Below are positions 49,549 through 61,899 of a stretch of 64,000 bases of DNA, piece after piece. The notes below the pieces were generated by a model. The model searched no databases. It was given only the letters and a program-made list of their open reading frames with translations, and had not been told where the DNA came from. The stretch's first letter is position 1, and each line of letters begins with the position of its first letter. The stretch comes from Callorhinchus milii (lineage: Eukaryota): contig NW_024704742.1 in the NCBI RefSeq assembly GCF_018977255.1, positions 110,238,001 through 110,302,000 of the forward strand, given 5' to 3'. The translations under genes and the position numbers were made by a program.

Positions 49549-50084
49549 AAATGGAATGGGCTTCTCTCGCAATCTCACCAATGGAAATCCTTCATTTCTA
49601 CTGGATACAAATTTTACCTTGAAGCACAAAACACAAGTACCATGGTGTACTATAGTATTATCTGCCCCCTCCCACCTCCAACAAACATTTCAAAAGACTA
49701 TCTGTATTATAAGACAAAGCAAACTTGTTTGTATTTTGTATGTGATTGTATCATCTTTAATGAATTGCAACTGAAGTCATTGGAGCTACCACATTCCAGT
49801 GATGGATGACTAATTTTTCAAAAGTGCATCATTGAAATTGAAAAAAAAGTACATTGATAAATGGTCCTCAGATATCAATGCCAATATTCAACAGAAATAT
49901 AGAAAATGATCTAACAGTAAGGAAAAATGTGTCACTTTTCTTGACCTTAATTACAGAGAGATCCTATGAACGATAATATTAGCAAGACTCTATCCCAACA
50001 TTTTCTTTAAGTTTTCAGCAAAACAATTGTATTGGAAGGAAGTTGGAGCTAAAAACAATTGCAGGATAGCAATTCCACCTGGAT

Positions 50085-50430
50085 CAGCGTGGCTTACTTG
50101 GTAACATTCTTGTCTCTGAGTCAGTAGGTTGTGGGTACATTGGTACTTTGAATTTATAATCCAGACTGACACTCAATACGATGTTCAGATGGACATTGAA
50201 GATCCCATAGCACCATTCAAAAAATGAAAAGTGTTTCTCCCAGTGTCCTAATCTACAATCTTTCAGATAAAATTGGTAGTTCATTTCTTGGTTGTCTGTG
50301 GGCTTTGCTGTGCGTAAAGTTGCTGCCTACAAAACACAGTCCCTACACTTTACAGTGAATCCTGTGAAGTGTTTGAACATCCTCCTGATGTGAAAGGTGC
50401 TATATCAAATGCAAGGATTATAATTATTTT
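50085..50430 (+). mobile_element. DeuSINE with an internal deletion
   Basis: Head gtggcttacttggtaacattcttgtctctgagtcagtaggttgtggg, then gttcagatggacattgaagatcccatagcacc, and tail gtgaaaggtgctatatcaaatgcaagga. Confidence 0.75.
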
Positions 50431-51638
50431 TAATTAATTCTATTTACTCAATTTTTCTTAGCAGGTAGACTTTGAGAAGTTTTAAATACATTCTTAATTT
50501 TTAAGCAGGTGTTCTGTCTGAACTACAGAAAAAAACTAATAATAATAATAAAGAAATACTGGCTTGAAATTTAAGAGTGAATTTACAAATTTGTCAAAAT
50601 CCTAATACTCTGAAATGCTAAGAAAATAAAGATGAAATTTCTCCCCCTGAATCTCCATCACCATTTATAACTGGGGAGCACTGCAATCTCTTTAACCATT
50701 GATAAATCTTCAGACAGCTCAGATCAGTTCAACTTCACCCAATAGAATGCTTTGTATTTACTATACAACATATGTGAAGGACACAGAGATAAATATGAAG
50801 TTTAGTTAATGGGATAGGGAGTGCTGCTTCACCTCATTTTTTTCCTGCTACAAGGCTAGGGAGCTGATCTATAGTATTCATACTGATAATCACAACTCTG
50901 AAAACCTAAGCAGCAGCTGTCAGGACTCGAGGAAATGACACCGAACTGAACAAACAACCACTGCAATTTGGCTTAACAGTTTGTAACAGAGATTAAGCCA
51001 AGAATGGTATCTACACTTTAAGTTATGCCGCATGAAATAGTTAGCACACATAAAACTGAATATACTCCTCAGCTTAATTCAAAGTAGCAATGCCCATCTG
51101 AACCAATAAGGAACACCCACTGCAGTAAAATTGCTATTAATGTAATAGTTTCCTCTGCATTTATGGGATTGGTCTCCTGAATTGCTAAAGGAAAGCTGGA
51201 ATGCGTGTCTAACATTTTCATTGGCACACAACATATTATATTGGAAGTTTGAAGCATATCTTTTGAATGAGCAGAGAAACAGCAATGACAATGTTATCAG
51301 AGGACTGGGGTAATAGAGACGCTATTTATATGAATGTTCTGGGAGACTATGTTTAATGTACTGAATTGGTTGCTGTTATAGCTTCCTTTTTCAGGCAAGG
51401 AAACTGCATATTTTATGAATGCACTGGCAATGGCTAGATTATTCACAGTAAATTGTATGACATAATTTCATTTCAGATCTTCTTTTGACTAATGATTCCT
51501 TCAGGTCCAGTTCATTAGCTAGAATATTCAAAACTCTGAGGATGCACAGATACACTAATCTCCTGCGACTTGACAGAAAACAAATGAAAATACTCAGGAG
51601 AAGTACGCAAACAAAACATTTCAGGAATTTGTGCTTCA

Positions 51639-51801
51639 GCCCTGAAATTCAACCCAGTCTTAGCCTCTCAGACTATTTTGTCTTAAAAATTGAAGCCTTC
51701 ATGGAACTAAATCATTTTCCACAATTCTGCACAATCTTGAATTTTAAGACAAAGTGGTCTTATAGGCTTTACAGGCTAAAACTGTGTGGAATTTCCAACC
51801 C
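51639..51801. mobile_element. MITE family M1, short derivative
   Basis: gccctgaaattcaacc...ttttgtcttaaaaattgaag is mirrored by cttgaattttaagacaaag...ggaatttc. Confidence 0.5.
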
Positions 51802-52719
51802 ATCATGTGACTTTGTACACTCATGGCAATAGATAGGTAGTTACAACACAGCTTTTTCAGGCTACAGTTCTGTACTCCCATCCAGGACTGGCCAAGTGAG
51901 GCAACATCTTCCATTCCTGTTAAGTGGAAGAAAAACATTTCTGCAGCCTTAATCCAGCTCAGCTCTCTGTCAGCGGTGGGGGGGGGGGGGGGGGGGTGGG
52001 TTGTGGGGGGGGGGGGGGAGGTGTGGGGAGCTGTCGTACATAATTCCGTAGATTCAGCACTAATTGACACTAACTGGCCAATCCTACTCTGAAAGGACAT
52101 AAGAATAGATGATGTGGGAAGTAGAAATATCCTGCTGGGTCATTATTGTGAATTCTGCAATCGTTGGAGTTAAAGCATGTTGAACCCTATTCTATTATTA
52201 AAAAAAGCTTTAGCATCATCAAGTGAAGATAATGGGCAGAGACAGAGGACAATTTTCCAATTGCTGGTCTCTGCCGCTGTTGACACATTTCTGTTATAGG
52301 CTCCCCACCACCCCTAAACTCAATTAATTTATTGAACTGACAATCAGAAAATCTTCTAGATGATTTTCAGCTATACCATAGTGTTTATCACAGCCACAGG
52401 AATGCTCACATAGCACCAGCCTTCTTACATTCACTCTGTGAGGAGGAATAACTTGGTGCTTTACAATACCTAAAATCTCTCAAAGCACTTCATGATAATC
52501 ATTGTCATATATAGTGGGTATTTTGTAGGTAAATAGAAACATATTGAATTACATTACTGTGTTGTGCTGTGTCTTTAATACCACCAGCTAGTTTATTTTA
52601 TATTTACTACTTGTGTTTCAACGTAAGTTAGGGATCTGTTATCACCAAATATACAATTTTATTGGTTTGAAAGTGGAGCAGAGTTACTCGGGCATGCCAA
52701 TTTTAAAGGTAATCACAGC

Positions 52720-53092
52720 TTTCCCAGTGACTCAGTTAGAAAAGGCATATGCCTGGTGCAGACGTGAGCCCTGGTCTGTACTGAGATACATTTACTGTCA
52801 GTTGGCTTCAGTGCCGTGGCTTGGAAGGAAAAACAAAATCAGCCAAGCTACAAGCTTCCAGGGGATTGCTATCTTGTGGGTAAGTTTGTGTGTGAATATT
52901 GCTTAAAGAATAGGATCAGGTTGGTTGCTGTGGTCCAATGCAGTAGAATAACCTGCCAACACTCACTGTCTAGCCTCACAGATAAAGAATGACCATTTGT
53001 GAGAGATATTGGAGATTGGGCTGAGCCTGTGGAATTGCAGCTCAATATAAGTCAGCACCTTCAAGAGAAGGAGAGAACATTTGAGGGGAAAG
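52720..53092 (+). mobile_element. AmnSINE2-like relic
   Basis: ccctggtctgtactgag...aaaatcagcca...aggatcagg...aataacctgccaacactcactgtctagcctcacagataaagaatgaccatttg...agtcagcaccttcaagagaagg. Confidence 0.65.
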
Positions 53093-53134
53093 AAACAAGA
53101 ATGTGGAATGTGGCATTTGGATCATATCTTCACC

Positions 53135-53320
53135 CAAAGGGGGGGGGGGGGGGTAGCTGTATGGCGGTGGAGGGGGTTGGGATCACGGAGGTAGGAGGGA
53201 AGCTAGGGTGGCCGAAGGCATAGTCGAAGAGGGGTGTCTTGAGGAGTGCCTTAAAGAAGGCATGGGAGGGAGCGAGGTGAGGGGAATGTGGGATGGAGTT
53301 CCAGAGGATGGGGACATGTA
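53135..53320 (-). mobile_element. L2 3' fragment
   Basis: ccgaaggcatagtcgaagaggggtgtcttgaggagtgccttaaag...ggatggagttccagagg. Confidence 0.65.
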
Positions 53321-53722
53321 GTGCTACATTGGAGACAAGCAGATGAGGAGAAGTGCATCAACATTAAAGAATATGCACAATTTTAATAATACTGGGCCCT
53401 CTTTAACAACCGTGCCCATTTACGGTGCAGCTAATCCACACTGAAACTCACCAGGTAAATAGCTGAAACTCACACAAACGTTCCATTCCTAGCTCTATCG
53501 GCACACAGCCTGCAAATATTTATTACAGACAAATAAGAGAATGGAATCTAATGGACTCTGAAATTAATAATTCTATCAACCATCTGTAGAACATGCTGAG
53601 AAAACGTGTCCAGTGTCCTCACTTTTCTCAGTTGAGCAACAAGTCAGACGAGTAATATTCTGGGCAGCATCTGATGGTTATTATGGTTGTGATGAATGTT
53701 CCAGCATGTTTTATGTTGGAAC

Positions 53723-53787
53723 AGGGAACCTCGAGCTGATTAAATCATGAGGTGTAGCCAAATGCTTTCATCGGTTCAAGGTTCCCT
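53723..53787. other. Long hairpin (26-bp stem, 13-nt loop) inside a larger degenerate palindrome
   Basis: agggaacctcgagctgattaaatcat pairs with atgctttcatcggttcaaggttccct (3 mismatches, 2 G-U). Weaker pairing extends over about 53685-53820. Confidence 0.7.
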
Positions 53788-54109
53788 ATTTGAGCAGAAA
53801 CACAAGGCTGTGAAACAACCGTGGCGTTTTACGAGCTTTTCATGGGGGTGCGCTTAGTTATGGAGCGCGTTCAAAGCTCTGGTTTCTCACGTGGTGCATT
53901 CCCATTCTCAGCCATATCATCAAAACAACAACTCGCGTTTATATAGTGTACTTCATGTATGATAACATCTCGATAGGATTGATTGAAGAGGTAGGTCTTA
54001 AGGTGGGACAGATAGGGAAGGGAAGAAAGCAAAGGCTTTCTTTGACCCAGTGTTAGTCCACTGAGCTATATGAAACAACTAAGTAAGCTTCAGCCTTCAA
54101 AAGTGATCT

Positions 54110-54330
54110 ATTGGAGAGAACTGCCTTCCTCACTCCCTTTGCCTCGCTCCCTCCCTTCCCATTTTCAGGTCTCTGCTGAAGACCTTTCTTTTCGACCACG
54201 CCTTTGGTCACCTTCCTCCCCTTCCCCCTGTCTTGGGCCCGGGATCCCTTACTGTAAAGTGCTCTGAGATGCCATCCGGCGTGGAGGGCGCTATATAAAT
54301 CCAAGCTGTTGTTGTTGTTGTTGTTGTTTA
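54110..54330 (+). mobile_element. L2 3' end
   Basis: ctttcttttcgaccacgcctttggtcacc...gtggagggcgctatataaatccaagc(tgt)n. Confidence 0.8.
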
Positions 54331-54839
54331 TAGACATACTAATACTAAATGGATAGAAAAAGTATACTCAGGGAAATACTTTCAAATATAATAATTCTTG
54401 CATTTGATACAGTGACTGATCATGCCATTGAAATGCTTTAAAGTGCTTCACAGGATGTACTGTAGAGTGCAGTAAGTGTGTATTTTGTCAAGGTAGCAGA
54501 ACGAGAGGGCATAAGACCTGGCTCCAGGATCAATACAATAAATAAAATTTATTAAGCTGCAGCCAAGATGGTGGCCAAAATCAGACAATAGCACCCATGC
54601 CAAAGTTGGTGGGTGGGGGTGTTGGGGAGGAGATGTTCAATTCTATGCCAGGCTTTCAAATAGATGAAAAGCACGTAATGTTTTTTAACAACACCGAATG
54701 TGATAATTATTGCACTGTTATGGGATGACACATATTTCACCCCGCTCTGTTCCTTATTGCCCTCAATCATATTTGATGAATATGGATTGAGGGAGCTGTA
54801 TAGGACCCAAGCACCAATTCCACACCATTGAATGCACTT

Positions 54840-55178
54840 TTTAGAACGACAGAAATTTACAGCACAGAAAAAGGCCACTTGGCACATCTTGTCTGTTGCT
54901 GGCTCTGTGAAAGAGCAAATCATTCAGTCCCAATTATCCGTCTTTTCCCTGTACTCTTGCAGATTATTCCTCCTTAAATATCTATCTAGTTCCCTCTTGA
55001 AAGCTAATATAAATCTTGCCTCAACTACTGCACCCAGCAGGGCTTTCCACATCCTAACAACTCTCTGTATAACAAAAATCCTCCTAATCTCTTCCTTTCC
55101 TAACTATCTTAAATTGATGCTCTCCAGTCACTGACTCACCACCCAATAGAAATAATTTCTCCCTATTGACTCTATTGC
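54840..55178 (-). mobile_element. CR1 3' fragment
   Basis: agaaatttacagcacagaaaaaggccacttggc...ttccacatcctaacaactctctgtataac. Confidence 0.75.
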
Positions 55179-56948
55179 CTTAAGTGTAGTATAATATGTG
55201 ATAACTGATACTTTAAAACATTTTATTATTAGTTTCAAATGTGTTTTAGTCTGGGATAATGTGAATCCAAATAGCACTTTAATATCTCCCAGATTTTCAG
55301 GTGATTTCAGAAAACAGTTTTGTCTATCATTTAAAAGATTCTATAAGTACCGATTAAAGGTAGAAATTATAGCCAGATACAGCCCATGTGCTTGCATGAT
55401 TTTTCATTGAGCTATTTTACATTTATAACTTGCTGGCACTTTGACATTCTATATATTAACATGAATATAGATAAACGTTATCAGGGCCAGCATGCAGCTT
55501 CATGTTAATCACTGGTAATAGAGACACATTGCCCATTTCAGTTCCGTACTAAACTGCCAAATTTTAAAACACTGTTATCTTTGCAGTGCCAATGAGTCAC
55601 ACAGATGGATATATTGACTTGCACTGTGACAAATTATTAAAATATATTTTGGAGCATTAGCTGAGACAGAATAGAGCAGGAAATTAGTCCCAGTCTAAGC
55701 GCTGGAACAAATTATACAAACGAAAGCGTGCTGAATAACAGAAATGTATTCAGTTGTGCTGCATCCCAATGTTAGTGATATAAACATAAGATGCACCAGG
55801 CTCAAAATTTAAACATTTAAATTGTGTTTACCCCCAAAAAGAAGCATGGCATTGTTTATTGTCTGAAGCATTTTAATGAAGTGAAAACAGATTTATTGGG
55901 GGAGGACATTTTTAAAGAAATTGTGGTAAAGTTAAACCGCAAAAATATGCATTTCTTTAGTTATGTGTATTACAAACAAAATAAAGAATGCAGCAAAATA
56001 TTCATTGTCCACTGAAAACTAGCTCATCTTGCATGAATACAGGAACTGATTTTGTCCACAACATAATTTTGTCTGACAATAATAACCCTTGCATTTGGCA
56101 GGGTGCCCTACATGCCAGGAGGACATCCCAAACAATTTCACACAATATATTGTAAAGTGGAGTGACTGTGTGTTTTGTGCGCAAAGCATCAACTTGTAAA
56201 TTTTATGTGTAGGATATAGCAGTTATTGCCTCAATTTAAAATGTGCTGCTTAGATTCTGCTGGAATTGTGTGTTGTACACAGATCAAACATAATCCTTTG
56301 ACAAAACATTTTTAAAATTGTGTAAAGTTGATAAAACTTTCAAAATCAAATAAGAAGATATGCTCTGATATTCTTTAAAACAATGAACGTGATTAAACAA
56401 TTAATATGTTCTTAACGCATATAAGAGATCTTTCACCATAAAACCAAAATTGTGAAGCTAAATTAAAGGGTAATTTAAAGTTAAGCAATGTGTTTTTAAT
56501 GGCCTATGAAGGTTGAGTGTCATATCATGGTCTGTATATGGTCTCTGTCTGCTTGTCAGCCATGCATTCTTGACATGTAACCTTGAATGATGAAGAACAG
56601 CTGTCTAGCTGTGAGTCTAAGGATTGTCGAGTGACCCCAACAAAGAGTCAACCACCTGCCACCAAGAGTCACTTGTTTATGTCAACTGTTTGTTGATACC
56701 ACTGCTGAGGCACGCTGATGAGGACAGATACTGTGTAACCTGCTTCTTCACTCGGACAACCCCATTTGCCTGAGCGAGATGGCCTTACATTGGATTTTAC
56801 TATTAACAATATGGGAAAATATTACATTAAAGTTTGCTTCTGCATTCTGGCACAATAATAATATAATCCTTGCACTTGCGAGAGAGAAAAAGAAATCAAA
56901 GTCCGATGCTCATCTCGTATAGTTGAGGTAAATTTTCCTGATAAATCA

Positions 56949-57109
56949 GGGTCTAAATTGTGATATTTACAAACAGGTTTGATGTGCGACATAAAATATT
57001 CAGTGGACAATATTGAAAAATGTCAAATTTGCAATATATGCCTGTTGGAGTTTTTTCTCTGACTTTCTAGCACTTTGTCACTGGTTTGCCAATATCGCAA
57101 ATTAGACCT
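56949..57109. mobile_element. Small MITE-like element (about 160 bp)
   Basis: TIRs of about 25 bp: ggtctaaattgtgatatttacaaac / gtttgccaatatcgcaaattagacc. Confidence 0.6.
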
Positions 57110-57378
57110 CCACTGTGTAAACCAAGAATGTAAAGGGTATTGTACAGGATTCATTCAAAGCCTTTCAAGATTTAGTTTTCAAATTTTACAATAATAAAAG
57201 GACCCTGGGATAGCTAATATTGCTTGTTGATTTAGATACAATTTTGACAAATTTCAGTGCAGTCTCGGCTTCTCCTCTACAACAACAACAACAACAACAA
57301 CAAGATTCCATTTATAGAGCGCCTTTCACGTCAGGAGGACGTCCCAAGGCGCTGCACAGTTGGGTCATGACCCGAGCA

Positions 57379-57522
57379 GGGGGGAAATGGTCAGGGTGAG
57401 GGGAGGGAAGGGAGGGAGAGAGGAGGGGGGAAATGGTCAGGGTGAGGGGAAGGGAAGGGAGGGAGAGAGGAGGGGGGAAATGGTCAGGGTGAGGGGAGGG
57501 AAGGGAGGGAGCGAGGAGGAGG
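57379..57522. repeat. G-rich tandem repeat (3 units of about 46-49 bp) in the L2 3' region
   Basis: gggggaaatggtcagggtgagggga(g)ggaagggagggagagagga x3. Confidence 0.9.
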
Positions 57523-59349
57523 AAGAGAGTCGAGAGGGGAGCTGAAGGCACGGTCAAAGAGAAAGGTTTTGAGACCGGCCTTGAAGGAGGAAAGGGAGGA
57601 AGCAAGGCGAAGGCACTGGGGGATGGAGTTCCAGAGCCTCGGGGCTGAGAGGCTGAAGGCCCGACCACCGATAGTAGGGCGGTTGGGGCGGGGGACGTGG
57701 AGCAGACCGGAGCCAGAGGAACGGAGGGTACGGGCAGGTAGGTAGGGGGATAGTAGGTTGGAGAGGTAGGAGGGAGCAAGGCCGTGAATGGCCTTGTAGG
57801 TGAGGATGAGGATCTTGAAATCAATCCTCTGGGGGATGGGGAGCCAGTGGAGGCGAGCGAGGGTAGGAGTGATGTGGTCCCGAAGCCTGGTGCGGGACAG
57901 TACACGAGCTGCAGAGTTCTGAATGACCTGCAGCTTGTGGAGGGAGGTGCCGGGAAGGCCGGCGAGGAGAGAGTTCCCATAGTCCAGCCTTGAGGTGACA
58001 AAGGCGTGAACCAGGGTTTCAGCAGCGTGAGGGGTGAGGTAATGCCGTAGTCTGGCGATATTCCGGAGGTGATGGAAGGCGGTGCCAGTTGTGGTGCGGA
58101 TGTGAGGGAGAAAGGACAGCTCAGGGTCGAACAAAACGCCGAGGTTCCTGACTGGCTTTGAGAGGTGGAGAGTGCAGCCTTGGATGCTGATGGTGTCAGC
58201 GCCTGAGGTGCGGAGGCGCTGACGTGAGCCAATCAGGAGGGCCTCGGTTTTTCGCACGTTGAGCTGAAGAAAGTTGTCTCTCGTCCAGGACTCGATGTCG
58301 GACAGGCAGGCTGTCAGGACATCGGTGGTCGTGGAGTTGAGAGTAGAGGAGGAAAGGTAGAGTTGGGTGTCATCCGCATACATGTGGAAGTTAACCCCAT
58401 GTTTGCGGATGATGTCACCGAGGGGGAGCATATAGAGGGTGAAGAGGAGGGGACCGAGGACAGAGCCCTGAGGGACACCACATGAGACAGTACGGGGGGT
58501 GGAGGAGAAGCCATTCGTTGAGACGAAGTGAAGACGGTGGGAAAGGTAAGAGCTAAACCATTCAAGGACAGTGCCTTGAAGGTTGAGGTGGGAGGACAAG
58601 CGGTGGAGTAGGATAGCGTGGTCGACCGTATCGAATGCTGCCGATAGGTCGAGGAGGACGAGGAGACAGAGGGAGCCCTGGTCACAGATAGTCAGGATAT
58701 CATTGGTGACCTTGACCAGGGCAGTTTCTGTGCTATGAGCAGCACGGAAACCTGACTGAAGGGGTTCAAAAAGAGAATGGGTGGAGAGGAAAGAGCGCAG
58801 TTGGGAGGCGACAACTCTTTCCAAGACCTTGGAGAGAAAGGGGAGGTTGGAGATGGGCCGGTAGCTTGATAGCTGCGACGCATCAAGGGAGGGTTTTTTC
58901 AGGGTGGGCGTGATGATGGCAGTTTTTAATGGAATGGGGACAGAGCCAGAGGAGAGGGACAGGTTTATGATGTCAGTGATGTGTGGGGCAAGAAAATGGA
59001 GCTGGGAGATAAGGAGTGGAGTGGGGATGGGGTCAAGGGAGCAGGTGGTTGGTTTTAGGGATAGGATGAGTTCAGTGACAGAGGGTGGGGAAACGGGTAC
59101 GAAGGTGTGTAGGGGAGGATGGGTAGGAGTCGGAGTGTGGGAGGGAAGGGGTGGGTGGTGGGTGGAAGTTGGAGGGGAAGTGACCGCGGAGCGGATTCCC
59201 TTGATCTTGGATTCAAGGAAATCCAGCATCTCCTCGCAGTGAAGGTTGGAGGAGATGACCTGCGCGGGGTGGCGGGGGGGACGGAGGAGTCGGGATGTGG
59301 TGGAAAACAGTAGCCTGGGGTTGTTCTTCGCCTCCAGGATTATCCTGGA
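57484..59349 (-). CDS. L2 ORF2 reverse transcriptase (partial; endonuclease domain lost by truncation)
   Basis: 581-aa ORF with [39 protein letters not shown] and YADD. The frame stays open upstream of the Met ([15 protein letters not shown]...) to the truncation point. Confidence 0.93.
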   Translation of the reverse strand, partial: SRIILEAKNNPRLLFSTTSRLLRPPRHPAQVISSNLHCEEMLDFLESKIKGIRSAVTSPPTSTHHPPLPSHTPTPTHPPLHTFVPVSPPSVTELILSLKPTTCSLDPIPTPLLISQLHFLAPHITDIINLSLSSGSVPIPLKTAIITPTLKKPSLDASQLSSYRPISNLPFLSKVLERVVASQLRSFLSTHSLFEPLQSGFRAAHSTETALVKVTNDILTICDQGSLCLLVLLDLSAAFDTVDHAILLHRLSSHLNLQGTVLEWFSSYLSHRLHFVSTNGFSSTPRTVSCGVPQGSVLGPLLFTLYMLPLGDIIRKHGVNFHMYADDTQLYLSSSTLNSTTTDVLTACLSDIESWTRDNFLQLNVRKTEALLIGSRQRLRTSGADTISIQGCTLHLSKPVRNLGVLFDPELSFLPHIRTTTGTAFHHLRNIARLRHYLTPHAAETLVHAFVTSRLDYGNSLLAGLPGTSLHKLQVIQNSAARVLSRTRLRDHITPTLARLHWLPIPQRIDFKILILTYKAIHGLAPSYLSNLLSPYLPARTLRSSGSGLLHVPRPNRPTIGGRAFSLSAPRLWNSIPQCLRLASSLSSFKAGLKTFLFDRAFSSPLDSLPPPRSLPSLPSP

Positions 59350-59364
59350 GCACCTGCACCATCT

Positions 59365-60642
59365 AGCACCTGCACCATCTTGTGCAGTGTTCCTCAGGGT
59401 TCTGTCCTTGGTCCCCTTCTCTTCAATATCTATATGCTCCTTCTTGGTGACATGGTGACATCCGCAGATATGGAGTCAACTTCCATGTGTATGCGGATGA
59501 CACCCAACTCTACCTCTCTGCCACCACCCTCGACTCCAGCACTACTGCTGACAGCATCACCATCCATAATAATAATCCTTGCATTTGATATAGCGCTTTT
59601 CACGTCGGGAGGATGTCCCAAAGAGCTTCACAGAACACACTGTAAAGTGAATTGACTATATTTGTGGGTGAACGCGGCAGCCAATTGCGCACAGCAATGT
59701 CCCACAAACAGTCGTAGATTGAAAATGACCAATTTATTATTGTTTTTGGTTTTGGAGGGATTATTATTAGGCGTGTGGTTTAAGAAAACTTGCCCAAGGT
59801 TTTGCCCTCCCTGGAATCGAACTCAGGTCTCTCACTTGCAAAGCGAGTGTTCTAACCACTGAGCTACAGGACATCCATGGTTGCACACTCCACCTTACTA
59901 AGCCAGTCTGGAACCTTGGGATCTTGTTTGACCATCAACTATCCTTTCTACCCCATATCTGCACCATGACCCGCTCTGCTTTCCCCCACCTTCACAACGT
60001 CGCCCGGCTCCGCCACTGTCTCGCACCACAGGTCGCCGAAACCCTCATACACGCCTTCATTACATCGAGACTCAACTATGCAAACTCATTGCTTGTTGGC
60101 CTCCCCAACTCCACCATCTACGGGCTGCAGATCATCCAGAACTCTGCAGCCCGTCTCCTCTCCCGCACTAGACTCCGCAACCCTATTACCCCCATCCTTG
60201 CCCAACTCCACTGGCTTCCCATCACACAGAGGATACAGTTCAAGATCCTGGTCCTCACCTTCAAAACCCTCCACAGTCTTGCTTCCCCCTACTTCTCTGA
60301 CCTCCTAACCGCCTACCACCCTATTTGCTCCCTTGGCTTAGCATCCCCCGCCTTGTTCTCCCCACTATCGGTGGGCGGGCCTTCCACCACTCTACACTCA
60401 CCCTCTGGAACACCATCCTGCAGTCCCACCATCTCACCCCCTCACTCGCCACCTTCAAGACCCACCTCAAGACCCTCCTCTTCTACCGTGCTTTTGATCT
60501 CCCTGCTTTCCACCCTGCCCTCCACCCTCCCCAACCCCGACCCTCAGCTCGGGTCCGTAACTTTGACTGTCCAGCGCCTTGGGATGTCTTCCCGATGTGA
60601 AAGGCGCTATACAAATGTAATTTTGTTGTTATTGTTGTTGAT
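59365..60642 (+). mobile_element. Older L2 3' part (frameshifted), target of two later insertions
   Basis: [24 protein letters not shown] and FITSRLNYANSLLVGLP...HWLPITQRIQFK motifs, an internal deletion and a (TTG)n tail. Confidence 0.92.
59568..59871 (-). mobile_element. tRNA-Ala-like SINE (short variant) inserted in L2
   Basis: TSD catccat (59561-59567 / 59872-59878). Highly similar to 10198-10516. Confidence 0.92.
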
Positions 60643-60719
60643 CTAGAACAAGCCACTTTACGTTACAATATCAGAACACGTGAATAAGACTATATCCTGC
60701 TGAATGTTACACAACAAGG

Positions 60720-61017
60720 AATATACCATCCTTAGGATGAATTGTTAAATCGAGGTCCTGTCTGCCTATTCAGGTGGATGTTAAAGATCCTATGGCACTA
60801 TTTGAAATGAAAAGGGAGTTTCTCCTGGTGTCCTGGCCAACAATCCGCCAAATAAAATTGATCACTCATTCCATGGCTGTTTGTGGGACATTCCTGTGCG
60901 CTACCACATTTCACCCACAAAATACATAATCAATCCACTTTACAGTATACGCTGTGAAGCCCTTTGAGACATCTGAAATGGCACCATATCAAATGCAAGG
61001 ATTATTATTATTATTGA
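60720..61017 (+). mobile_element. DeuSINE, 5'-truncated
   Basis: gttaaatcgaggtcctgtctgcctattcaggtggatgttaaagatcctatggcactatttgaa...ggtgtcctggccaac...(tta)n. Confidence 0.8.
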
Positions 61018-61899
61018 TGATTCAGTGGGTGAGGGACGGTCCATGTAGAACTCTGCAATGAACTCAACAAGAATCAGTGTCTTGAGAATAAGGAAAGGAG
61101 AATATTAACAGAAACAATTATTACTATTATTAGAAGGGCAATAATAAAATCACGATGCACTCTGAATTTCTTGTTTGAATGGTGTGTGTCAGGCTGTTAC
61201 TAACCTGATTGTTCCCTGTACACTGGCAAGGAACTGTGCAATCTGACCTTGAGGTTTACAAAATATAACTGAGATGGTTGATGACAAGCAAGAATTTTCC
61301 TTTGTGGTTGTTTTATTTACAGGAAGGAACATAGGACTAATAAAGTCATTGGATCTGATGATCAAATATCAAGATAATCCAGAAGTAAGGACAGGATCTT
61401 CACCGGAACTCCTGATAGATTATAATACCACTTGATCAACAGAGATTGAATATACAAGTATACTGATTCCACCCAAAAAATCATCAAGGGTTCAATATTT
61501 ATCTGCTTCTCCACTGGACCCCCAACACCTGCCTCATTAAACTATCAGGAGAAATAGATCAAAGATGGCTGTAGTAAATGAACACAACCCAATCAATATA
61601 ACAAAAGGAAGCATGGAATGAATAAAACATAATAAGGCCATTAAATCTACTCATTTCACCTACCTCCAGAGTTCACCTGATCCACAATATACTCATGTAA
61701 AGTACATTACTTCCTGAATCTCAAAGTAATCTAGCAGAATACTCATCCATCCCCAAATCTCCACTATTCAACCCTAACATCCTCCTTTCCAAAGGCAACA
61801 TTCTCTCTTTCCTTCCTCCACTCCCAAAGCCCAGCAACTCTTCAGTCTAGTGCTGAATTATTTCATTAAAGTGGACCTATATTTTCTAATACTGTTCTC

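Larger units (their letters stand above)
57279..59350 (-). mobile_element. Young 5'-truncated L2-clade LINE
   Basis: Uninterrupted RT-bearing frame, GC-rich body, 3' tail gggacgtcctcctgacgtgaaaggcgctctataaatggaatc(ttg)n. Confidence 0.97.

Noticed and set aside
51975..52028. Poly-G tracts (also 14214-14236 and 53138-53153)
   Set aside because: Simple homopolymer runs whose lengths are unreliable in assemblies.
57312..58232. 306-aa Ser/Pro-rich ORF and other ORFs overlapping L2
   Set aside because: Alternative or antisense frames of GC-rich L2 sequence with no independent protein signature.
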